64,000 nt of DNA, taken from NCBI GenBank assembly GCA_964247055.1, contig OZ176053.1:5084001-5148000 (forward strand), written 5' to 3'. A program made the position numbers and the translations under genes. How positions within the stretch are numbered: position 1 is the stretch's first letter; every line of letters begins with the position of its first letter. This document shows positions 28,339 to 40,600 of the stretch, piece after piece. The DNA is from Paragordius varius (taxonomy: Eukaryota; Animalia; Nematomorpha). The notes beneath the pieces were generated by a model. It made no database searches. It had not been told where the DNA came from and worked only from the letters and a program-made list of their open reading frames with translations.

Positions 28339-28842
28339 ATGATTGCGAAAAAAAGTGAGGCTCCTGCAACCACCTCTAACCAAGAAAATAAAAACAACAG
28401 TGTTGAACAAGGATCTGACAACAAAGCTCTTTCCAATAACACCAACAATTTTGGGCAACATCCATATGATAAGCTTACGGAATATTTAACAAGTTTGTGG
28501 GATCCGAAAGAAGAAGAGGTAGTTAATCCCGATATCTTGGTTAGCATTGAGGGTAAGAAGGTTGGGTGTAATCGCTTAGCCCTTGGCGCATTTTCCCAAC
28601 ACTTTGATGATGCGTTTGCCGAAAACGTTAATAATAGCACAGAATTCACGGTGCCTGAAACATTTGTTAAGTATATTGGAACAAAAAGGGCCTTGAGAGT
28701 CTTTGAAAAATGTTTGGAATGGATTCATACAGGAAACATTGAATTGATTAGGAAGGATCCGATAGAAATGTATAAAGCTGCTGTTACGTTGCGAATACCC
28801 TGTTTAGTTAGGTTGTGTAAAGATTTATGGCCAGATCTTTAA
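28339..28842 (+). CDS. Intronless BTB/POZ-only protein, 167 aa
   Basis: DILVSIEGKKVGCNRLALGAFSQHFDDAF matches the BTB D-x-L...HR.VLAA.S.YF pattern, followed by LEWIHTGNI..MYKAAVTLRIPCLVRLC. No BACK or Kelch region follows. Confidence 0.85.
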   Translation: MIAKKSEAPATTSNQENKNNSVEQGSDNKALSNNTNNFGQHPYDKLTEYLTSLWDPKEEEVVNPDILVSIEGKKVGCNRLALGAFSQHFDDAFAENVNNSTEFTVPETFVKYIGTKRALRVFEKCLEWIHTGNIELIRKDPIEMYKAAVTLRIPCLVRLCKDLWPDL

Positions 28843-29454
28843 AATTATATGTTTTTAAGTATGCCTTAAATTTTTTGGTAATGTTTAAGCATAAAATAAA
28901 ATATAAATTATTGCATTACTGTGATCTTTTTGAAATTTATAAAATTAGAACCAACCAATTAAAATGAAATTATATATTTAAACCAATATTTCGCCTACTA
29001 CGCGTTGCACACAAAATAAACATCTTGGTAAAATAGCTGATAAATGTAACAGAATTCATAAGTTTAGTTCTTAGGAGCCAATAAAGAAAAATGTTTATCT
29101 TTTGTGGTAATTGCTCCCTAAAATCAAAATTTGTGCATTTAAACTTTAAAAAATAATATGTTTTAAAAGTTATACACAATTACTAATTTTTGAATTTTTA
29201 GATGAGAAATGCTAAAAAAAATTGGTCCCTATAAAAGGCCAGTTTTTTTAAAAAAGCATGCAAAATGCAAAAAACTCGAGTGGCAGAAAAATTTGTTGTC
29301 TAGTGAATCTTATGTAAAAATTGAGAAGTACAAGATTTTTGTGCTATTTATTTAGCAAAATACCCTATATATTAATTTTGTATATATATATATAATTGCA
29401 ATTATACACTTCTTACAAAATCGGGGGATAAAAAATAACCTGATAAAATATATA

Positions 29455-29625
29455 TGTGTATTCTGATAGGAAAATGTATCAGGATTATCATGGTGCTTTT
29501 GATTGCTCCATAATGTGACCATATAGGCTGTTTTTCGCAGTACAGGACTGGATTTTCAGAAAAAAACTGCGCCTGTACTGCGTCCACTTTTGTACTGCTT
29601 TTTGAAATCAAAAAAAATTTAAATT

Positions 29626-29676
<51 letters not shown>

Positions 29677-31935
29677 TACCTTTATTTTTCAAAAATTATT
29701 GAATTTAATATAGTACCCTCTGTAAAAATAACCCCATAATTTGTAAAGAAATGGTTCATTTTGGGGTAAAAAACTATTGGCCTTTTTTTGATTAATTATT
29801 TTATTTTCTGCTCAAATTATACAAAAAACTTAAAATTGCAGCCTTTCGCGCCGTGGCGAAAATATAAACTCGGACTCCACACCGAAGATTCAGGCTAATG
29901 GCTCTTTCACTCAGGGCTTCCGCAAAAAGAGGTGCCTCAATATTTTTAATTAACAAAATTAATACATGATATTTTAATAATGTTTGATCAGGTTTAAAAG
30001 TTCATTTTTTGTTATGATTATCAAAGGAAAATTATATAGAAAATTGTTATTCCAGTAACATATTATTTAAAATTTATTATATATGGCAATGATTTCGAAA
30101 TAACCTTTTTTCGTATAATTAAAAGTTTTTTACGTTTTCTATACTCATTAGGAGGTGTGATATTTCTTAATTTTTTTTCCTTAACTTTAATTTTTATTAT
30201 TTTTTTTGCATAAACGATTTGAGATATTTTGTTGAAGCGTACTTCAAACTATTTTGAAGCACGATGGAAACGGTATAACGCTTTAAGATATAATAAAACC
30301 TTTTTTCTAAATAATTCATTGATGGTGAACATAGGTGAAAATTTTAAATTAAAGGTTTGTATGCTTTCAAATTTTGGTGTATTTTTGTAAAAAAAACACA
30401 AATTTGAAAACGAACGAATATGTTAAAATTCTGATTGGGAAATTAGCATAATTGAAATATGTATATAAATTGTTACATCATCTTAACCGTTTATATGGTT
30501 TCCATCAAGCTCAAAATAGTATGAAGTATACTTCAACAAAATTTTGCTAAAAATTAAATAAGCATATATTCAAAATTAAGCACAATGTCTGAATTTTACG
30601 TTTATTTTAAGAGAACAGTCTATTTATAAGAGCCAAAAAATTTGGAACTTTCAGAGTCCACATCTATTTAAAATTTTCAAAAATATTTTGCTTTGTAGTT
30701 TATTTTATATTTTAGTAATATTTTATGAAATAAAGCATTTAGCATTCACAAAAAAATATTTGAAAAAATCGCGCACATTTTTCAATTCTTATACGGAGCA
30801 CTTACCACAAAAATGTAAATAACTTTCTATACTCGTGAAGGTTAAAGCCAAAAGCATTATGATAACCCTGATATTTTCTTATCATAATATATATATTTCA
30901 TCAGGATCCTTTTTAAATGTGTATATACCACACGAATGGCGTAAGAAGAGGCAAATTATGTTTTAATTTTGTACTGCGTCAAAGTTTAAAATATCTGGTC
31001 ACATTACCTTAACGAGTGATTTAACAAAGTTATTTACACTTTGATGGTAAGTGCTCTATATCAGAAAATGGCAAAATTTGCACATTATATTTTTTGGGAA
31101 AGCTAGAGGCTTTTCTTAAAAAATATTTCTAAAATCTAACATAAACTATATATAAAAAGCAAAATATTTTTAAGTTTTAGATATGGGCTCCAAAAGTCCA
31201 AAAATTTTTATCTCTTATTTATCTAAGATTCAAAGTGAAAATGCCAGGATTGCGTTTGAATAATTGCTAAGTAATATCAACTCAAAATATTTTTTAAAAG
31301 CATATTTTTTTCAAAAATTTAATTTTTAAAATATTGAAGCGTACTTTATACTATTTTGAGTCAGGATGAAGACGGTAAACGCTTTTAGATTTTGTAAAAA
31401 CACTATTTCTTAATTCGATGATGCTGAACATTTCTATCACCTCAAAATTTCGATTAAAACATTCAATGTTTTCAAACCAAATTATTTAAGCAGATAAACC
31501 TATAAAATAAAATTCTGAATGATAGAAATGTTCATCATCAAATTATATGGAAAAACAGTTTTTAAAATATATTAAAGCGTTTTCGCTTTCCATCATGCCT
31601 TAAAATAGTATAAAATAAGCTTCAATAAAATTTTGCTAAAATTAAAATTTTAAAAAGGGTATGCATTTTTGTAAAAATATTTTTAGTTGGTATCAAAATT
31701 TTGCCTATATTTTAAATTTTTATCGCGTGCGTTCATTTTTGGAGTAGTCCATTTTAGACGAGCAAAATTGGGGTTTTCGGAGCACACATCTAAATATTAA
31801 AATTTTTTGAAAATATTGTTTTGGTATTTTGCCATTTTCTGATATGGATCACTTATCACTAAAAGTGTAAATATGTTAAATCACTCGTTAGGAACAAAAA
31901 GTACCATTATATCTGATTTTTCTTATCAGAAATAT
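29455..31935. mobile_element. Two adjacent degenerate foldback elements of the family at 6222-7712
   Basis: Arms TTCTGATAGGAAAATG.. (29461) and ..TTTTCTTATCA(G/T)AA (30875, 31918); foldback cores at ~30230-30560 and ~31340-31640 (CATGATGGAAAC../..TTTCCATCATG). Confidence 0.55.
29635..29673. repeat. (TA)n microsatellite; shorter tracts at ~6209, 19385, 46866, 47152 and 60575
   Basis: Directly visible dinucleotide run. Confidence 0.95.
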
Positions 31936-32379
31936 ATATTCCATAAATTATTTTTTGTGTGGGTTATTTCAGGATTTTGCATTAGTTGTTAAAAAAGGTT
32001 ATATCCTAATACATATGCTTGGATTAAAATATCCGCATTTTCCATTTAAGTAAATAATCGTTTTATCCATAGATTATCCCTTAAAGCTTTAATTAATTTT
32101 AATTAAAAAATTATGATATTATATATATATCCCACTGCGGCGATTTTATTACCTTCATGCAACCTTGTAGTTTTGTGCTGATGCAGTGAATAAATCAATA
32201 ATATTAAGCAATTTAATGATTAAAAAAAATATACAAAAATACATTAAAATTAAATAATTACTCGGAACAGTCATTAAAAAAGGCTACTTCGGAAAAAATA
32301 CAAAGTATATAATTTTGTAATTGGAAAAATTATTTTGTTGCACAGACCATAAAGGTCTAAGTTTGTAAAATTAAATTTA

Positions 32380-32960
32380 AAGGAGATTAAGCAGCAGCAC
32401 TTTTCTAAGCATCTGCTTCTTACAATAGATAGAAATATTATATGATCAGATTTTAAACAATGAACCCAAATTTACCCAGATCGCTTGTATGAGTCAAATA
32501 TTAAACAAACAATTTAGTGGATATATTATAATACTGTTATCTGATTTTATAAATCATTTCTTCCGAGCAGCATTAATATTTTACCGTATACATTGAAAAA
32601 CTTTAAATACATTTTATACCCTGGAATTAGTGGAGAATAAATAACTTTCTTTTACAAACCTGTTCCCTGTGCTGTGACCGCTTATTTATTAGTAATAAAA
32701 CATTTAAAAATATAAAATAACCATTATATTATAGACATTAAATTTGAACGGTTATATTTATTTTGTTTGGTGTATGTATATCATTTCTAGTAATGATAAC
32801 TGCTCACCATAAATGTGTGCATCAAGTAACCAGACCAGTTATATTTTTACGATAAAAATTCTAACTTTAAACGCTTCTCTAACAACCGATAATTTTCCTT
32901 CCTTATACGGCACCAGCCTACAGAGGTTATTACTTCCCACCCTTTTCGTGACCCTTATTA
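32380..32960 (-). pseudogene. Possible highly decayed hAT-type transposase relic
   Basis: Minus-strand peptide fragments (VREAF..NITG; FVKESYLFSTNSRV) loosely resemble hAT transposase motifs; many stops and frameshifts. Confidence 0.3.
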
Positions 32961-34666
32961 AAAATTATTTTTTGTGAATCCCAAATAATGTTTTTGGCAT
33001 GTGAAAATGTATGTTTCTTACACTAATTATATGAAGCAGATGGTTCAGAATTTGATATATTTGGACAAATCATTAAAGGATTTTAAATGTATGCGATAAA
33101 AAGATTGTTTTGACTAAAGGTAAAATTTACAGTAATCATAACTCATAGACATAAAGACCAAAGAAATCAGGGAATGCTGAGATAAGTTTGCGATGTAACA
33201 AGAATATACAACATTTTTTTATAGAGGTATTACCGAAATAAAATGACAAAATAAATGATATTAATTATACTTAGGTGGTTTGGACACATAGAACAAGGAG
33301 AGTGTATCGGTAAAAAGAATCATGAATACATTGTCAGGTAAGAGAGGGGTGCTATAAATTCCAAACGCGAAGATACCATAAATGGGGTTCTATGACGGAA
33401 TAATTTACGAATATAACCGCTGAAACGAATAATATGATATAATGTAATTTATTATAAAAAATCAATCATTCTAAATAACATAGATTCAATTGGTGCCTTT
33501 AATACGATCTATAAATTCAAACCTCTTAATTTTATATACATTGTGAAATCTTGCTGAAAACTCAAGAAAGAATAATCAGATTTTTAATCCATAATTTTAG
33601 TAAAATAATTATTTTCAAAAAATTCAACTGGCAAAACTTTTTAGGGAAAGGGGTCTATTTTTCTCTTTATTAATTAGACAAATGTGGTCATGTTCAAATT
33701 CTGGGTATCCCTAATTCCAAATAATAATTAATAGAATAGTAAATGATTTTAAATGATTTTTTATTTTTTTATTGTTGCAAAATCAAAATATAATTATAAA
33801 ATACCAGATATATTTTTAAAATTACAAAAAAATTACAGGCATGATTAAAAAAACTTCTGAAAATGATATTTATCTGCGAGATATTAACAGTTAACCCAAG
33901 ATACAAAATTTTTTTATTCAAAAACACCAAACTTTAACTTTAATTTAAAAGACATATTTGAACAGATGTGTGCTAATAGTAAGTAATTTTACGCAAATAA
34001 TAATATATATTGTATATATATGGTTATTAGCCTAAAATAGGCCCCCCTTATCTATACGCTATTTTATTTAATAGCGTATTCACGGAAAACCATAAAACTT
34101 ACGGGAAATCAATAATATTTATATCATTAATATCCAATAAAAAAAACTTAGGTATATTTTTTTAAGTTATAACCACCTATCACATACACTAATCATTCTT
34201 ATCCCAAAAATATATATATAAAAGTTTCCGTGATTACATAAATATACTTTTAAAATATAACAAACCACCAACAGTATATGGCAGACTAATATTTATTTAT
34301 TAGCGTTAGAAAAAAGTTATCAAAATAATAGCATAGTATATAAATATTAAACGTATGTATATATTTCTATTGATTTATATTTTATTATGTAACCAAATAG
34401 TAAAATTTGATGAAATTACATATATGTTACAATTGTCATAATATTTGTGGTTGTGATAACAATTTTATTTGTCCATAGTTTTCTTTTAAGTGTCCAGTTT
34501 AATACAATACAATTACTTTCGAAATCAAAAGCAAAAAATCATTATGTCATTCATCATACTCAATTTATTTTCGCACAGAATAAATCTTAAAGTATTTTTG
34601 GAGTAATCTGTTATTTTTCACACCAATCCATTTCGTACATATTTTAATTGAATTAAATTTTTTGCA

Positions 34667-37600
34667 ATGATAAACGTGCCTTTTAATCAACCACATAACA
34701 GATCCAAATCTCTACGGGTACCAAGGCATGGAACACCTCTAGCCAAAAAATCATCATGGAGAACTTCTACTGATGCATCCGATCATCCAACATTTCAAAA
34801 TACCAAAAAATATGGGAATTACGGAAATTTGCCCAATAATGACAGTAATCTAACTAAAAACTTACGTTTACCCACGAATGATATGAATGTAACATCAGTT
34901 TCCAAGTATGATCTACTCCTTGATGGGGATGAAAATCAAACCTCAACTATGGATGAAAAGGGGGAAGGCGAAGGTATTGATATGTTTGAATATTTCAAAA
35001 ATTATGCAAGGCCTAGAGGAAATTCAATAGCCTGTTTTGATGATGGCTCTTCTAAGACACATCAAGTTTCCATTCCTGGACCAACATCACCTCAATATTA
35101 TTCTCATAACTTTAATACTGATAATGATATATCTGTAAATGCGAATGGTAAATTGCATTCTACCTCATCTGTCCGCAAATTTTCACGAAATATACTTCAT
35201 CATTCTGTACCGCCTTTGTCTCAGCTCTCTATTGGCCGGGGTGATGAAACTGGAAATATAGAGGGCCTACTAACACCCTCACCTCCACCAACGGAAACGG
35301 ATTCAGTCAATAGTCCTTTAGTTAGAGTTCGAAATTTTTCACTTACGCCTGAGGGGACGGTCATTAACAGAGGGGATTCGTTTCGTTTAAAATCGCGTTC
35401 GTCTAGCCGTCGTAAAACAAATTCTCCGGGAGGCCCGAATTTGACATCTATTGCTTCACCTAACCAAAATTTTAGTGAGACAACTGCTAATACCGGGATC
35501 CCATCCGCAGGTTTTATAAGAGTGATAATATATTAGGCAAATGACAAAAGAAAACTACTTTCTAGATTTTCGAATATTGATTTCGTTAATTTACCTGCGT
35601 GTTTGGTTTCTAATAATGATTGATCAAACCTCATTTTGATAAATTTCATAGACTTTTTTGGGAATAAATCTTAGTTACAGATTCTTTTATCATACGTTTT
35701 TAAACGTGATAATTTATGACAATCAGGGTGGTCTCCTCAATAGGAATGACCAAAGTTTCTGAACAGACATTTTATAATACAAATTCAAGCCTAATTAGGT
35801 CTCTTATTATAATTTTATTTTTGCTGTAAAGGTAAATTTTTTATGATAACAAATTTAATGAAACCTATAAATAATTTTACTTGGTACATAAAATGTAAAA
35901 ATAAGATTTCTTATTAATACTCATATATTTTTAAATCAAAAACATTTCTCAATTTTATGCAAGTCAATATTAATTAAGGATACATATGATAGTTGGGGGA
36001 AAAAAACTGCCAAAATGCTTTTTTAAATTTTGTTGAAAAATTGAGATAGATGTGTCACAAATTCAAGCACGTTCATTAAAATTATCATATAGTTGTTTTC
36101 AATCTCTGCCTTTTTTAATTTAAATTAAATTAAAGCACAAAACCAGAAGAGTAGATGGATTGATGACACCAAGGCCATTATAATCATAGGAGATACATTC
36201 ATTTGTTTGTAGAATATTGCCAGGTTTTTGATGTTAATTTTATTGTTTAATAAGTAATTAGTTTTTAGTTAAATGAGTCTGGTTAAAATGTTTTAATGTA
36301 GTTATTAAAATGTTTTGGTTACATGCTACCTACCTTTTTTTATTTTGTTTTTATAATTAAATAATTTTACTTAAAAAATCAGATGTTGGTGAAGGCAAGC
36401 CATATTTTAATTAGTTAAGCTTTAGAACTAAACTAATATATAGATATCATAAATGCTAGGTTAATTAATTTAGGCTTTTTCTATTTCTGGTTTAGCTTGC
36501 GCACCTATAACGTCTGCTAAATATAGTTTTAATTCTACAAAAAAAAACAGAGTTAAATTGCTATAATATACGTGGTTTTAATTTTCACTGAGGGTTGACA
36601 AGGATGACTTTTTAAATAAATACTTAAAGTGTTACCAACCACCCCTGAAAAGTTTCCAATCCGTTTCTAAGCTACTTTTACATTCTTTACTTTTAATGTT
36701 TATGTATGGAAATCTTAGGTTAAATTTATATTTACATTATTGAGCTTCAAAACTAATATGTCCATCAAAAGAGTTCTAGAAATTCCTAATAAAATATTTT
36801 GAATCAAATTGGAGCTGCAGAAGTTAATATAAACAAAAAGAGTCTCTTAAACAGCTTAATTCTCAGACATTTCATCAAGGACAAACATTATAATCAAAGA
36901 GTGCCATTGAAATTGCCAATTCTAAATTTTTCTTTCGTCATATTTCATGGATTTTTTATTTCTTTATTATTAAAAAGTAACACATTTATTTTATGATTTG
37001 TACTTAAATTATTCATTTGTTCTACACAAATACGATGTTAGATGAGTTTTTTTGATTATTTGTTTATCAAAAGTATTGCCAATTTTGTGTGAAATATATA
37101 TTAATAAATTACATAAATGCATAAGAGGTGTTGCCTTATTATTTTCCCGAAACTATAAACATTTGACCATTTTTATTAAATGATTATTATGGATAATAAT
37201 ATTTCTATAACTTATTTTTAACACTCCATTACCTTTTGGGGTACTTTTTATGTTTCAGAGGGATTTAAAAATTGACTATCCTAAAAAGTATTTAAGCTTT
37301 AAAGCCGAAGAAATATGCTATCTTTAGTCATTATACAATTTTTTTATAAAAATGTAAAAATCTTCGAACAATTTTGCCGCGATTTTTTCCTATAAATTTT
37401 AAATCGCAACATGCAAATAGTATAAGAAAGTGTAAATAATTAACAAACAGGCTACATTTTACCAGTATTATGAATTTAATAAATTAAGGTCTGGGGTACA
37501 AAACTACCCCCAAAGTTATAAACTAAGACAAAAAAGTGAAAAAATAATGAATGTTAATGAAATTTCAAATATATAAATTAAATTTTTGGCGTTTCCTCGC

Positions 37601-40600
37601 ACACAGTATATCTTTTGTTAATATTATTATATATTTTATAAAACAAGTGCCCAAAAAATCATTATCTTTTTTTGCAGGCTCACCACTATTTTTACATTTC
37701 ACTATAAATCATAAATAATTTTGTAAGAAATGATAAAACGGGACTTATACATAAATATATATTTTATTGCATTGAACTTAAAAGTACGAAAAAAATTTAT
37801 CATGTGCATATATTAGAAGTTTATGCCTTTTCGTTTAGTACTCCAATAAAAAAATTAATTAGGAAAGTCATTTATATTCATGAGACAAAATAAACATTAA
37901 ACCTTTTCAACTCCCTATAAATATCTTTTCACTATTTACCAATAAATTTCTAAATACGAACTATTTAATTAAAAATTTTCTTTAAATCTGATTTTTTTTA
38001 TAAAATATGCGCATTTAGTAGTCCATCTGTAATGTATGTCTAAAATTTTTTTAGCTTTTTTATAATTGTAACGGTTTTATCAATTCATAATTTGGGGTAG
38101 GATTCTACCCCGCAATGATATAAATAACTTAAAAAGTAATATTATTAAGGCAATTCATTCTATGGCTTTTTATGCGCATTTACATAAATATTTTAAAAAT
38201 ATTAATATATTCTTAAATCCTCATCCCAAACTTTTGGCGCCCAAATATTTTTCTGGATTTATTTGTTAGCAAAAATAGATTATTGTTAAATCTAAAATGC
38301 TTTTGTTCATAATATGACAGTAAGTTTTCGTTAATTATTAATTTTAAATCAGCTGTTTGTTTTAAGTGTAGAGTTGAGTGCTTACTAAAGAAAATGTAAA
38401 AATTAAAAACCCTTTTATCCAAAATATATGTTTAATGTTTAATAGTAATATCCAAATTTTGGGATATAATATTTTATTTACACGTATTTATATAAATTTA
38501 ATATTTATATTATAAATGAGGTTGTTATCATATGTGATCTTAGAACAATTGAAATAAAAAGCTTATAGAAATTTCGCATCGCATTAAACATTATAATACT
38601 CTTTATTGACTAAACAAATGTTTTGGCCTATTACATAAATTATTTAACGGATAATGTATAAATTTATATATATTTAAACTCTTTTGGTGAAAGTCATAAT
38701 ATGGTAAGTTTGATTTTATTCAAATATATCACTTCCTTTATAACCGAGCATGGTTTTTCTTAATTATTGTATTTTCCACAAAAACGGTTTAATTTTAAAT
38801 TAACCACCTTTATCCTAAAATAATTCAGAAAGTTTTGTTACTCACGCATCACCGAATGCGGTCGATCTTAGTAATCAATGTCCTACAATACGCGAAGAAG
38901 CTATCATGAGTGAAAATGAATTCTTAGTCCTAGTCCTGGGTGCCTCAAAGGTAGGAAAATCATCCATGATTCATCAATTTGAAAGTTCAGATTATGTGGA
39001 CTCCTACGAATTATCTGACAGTTCCTCCAGCAGTTCCAATGACTTACAGGAAGCAAGCAGAACTACCGCAGGTTATAAAGAAAAAAATGTGTAAAAATTA
39101 ACTGACATTTGGAACATATAAAACACTGTGTTCAAAGGTTAATTTTTTAACAAAAATATTTTTTCATGAGATAGCTTATGACCAGTGAATTCATTTGATA
39201 TTGAGGGAAAATTCAATTGCTTTAAAGGTGAAAATTTAGGTTAATTAAAAAAATAATGATAATACTCGAGATATTATAATTGTATTAGGAGATATTTACA
39301 TTTTATAAATAGCCCAAAATCCTATGGTTAGGGTTTTTAAAACAGATCAAAAAATCGGGTTTTTCTATTAACGTACTTAAAAGACAATTTTTTTATGAAA
39401 TTATAGAAAAATATTTTTTTAAATTTTTTACTAGCATTTCATATTTTATTCAGTAAAAAAACTTATATATCAAAATAAAACTAAATATTATTTTATATTT
39501 TTCATTGTTTTGTCACCTGGTTTATGCATGTATAATAACTGCTTTATTTTGGAATCTTACACGAGCGGAAATATATAAATTCAAGGAAAATAAGATTTAA
39601 AAGTAGTGGAATATCAAGAACAATCCGTATAAATCCCTGTAACAGGTAGGTTTTAACGCAAAATAACATTGTTATTGGGATTTATACGGAGTTTCGGCTA
39701 ATATTCCACTAGCTCTAAATTGCAAAAATTTATATATTTTATTATTTCCGCATGTAAGACCAAATTAAAACAGGAATATTTTATTCACTCATAAACCAGA
39801 TGACAAAAAAATGCAAAAATATAAACAATATTTTTTAAATTTTATATTGATTCATAAATTTTTTTACTGAATAAAACGAATGTTAAGATTTTAATAGTGA
39901 CTTTAGCTAATAATGTAAAAAAATTATTATATAGTTCATAAAAAATTGATTTTTAAGTATTATTTATTTTTTTAATTATCCTTAATTTTCACTTTTTGCC
40001 CAATTTCGATATTCTTTAAATAATAGTAGGTCGTCATCAAATAAATATTATGCGGCAAATAAATTCGCTGGTCATAAGCTATATCATGGGGAAAAAATTA
40101 TTGCATACAGTGTAATAAAAATTACCAAAACTGGGCCTGTTTTAATTTTAACCAAAAATTTATAACTAATTATATATAATTTATTTTTAATATTATTCTT
40201 TTCAATAAGTTAAAGATAACTTAAAACCTTTTGAAAAATATATAGTATGGCTAAATATATGACAACTGTTAAATATTACTGAAAAGTTTATATACACAAT
40301 TTTTTTCTTGTTTATTGTTTAGTAATGTGGATTTAATATCAAATGGTTTAAAACAAATGATTTTCACGTGTTTTTGTTAGATATTGCTAAAAGCGGCCCC
40401 AGTTACCCAATTTACTAGCAATGTGCTTCTTTGAAAGATAATCATTGTTTAATGTAGTCTAAAATGTATATTATATCTAAAAATTACAAAAAAACTACCC
40501 TATTAAGAATTAACCTATTTACCATTCTTTTGTATTAGTGATTTACACCCTTTGGTCTGAATATGGTGTGTGTGGTATTTTCATTTTATAAATTATTAGT

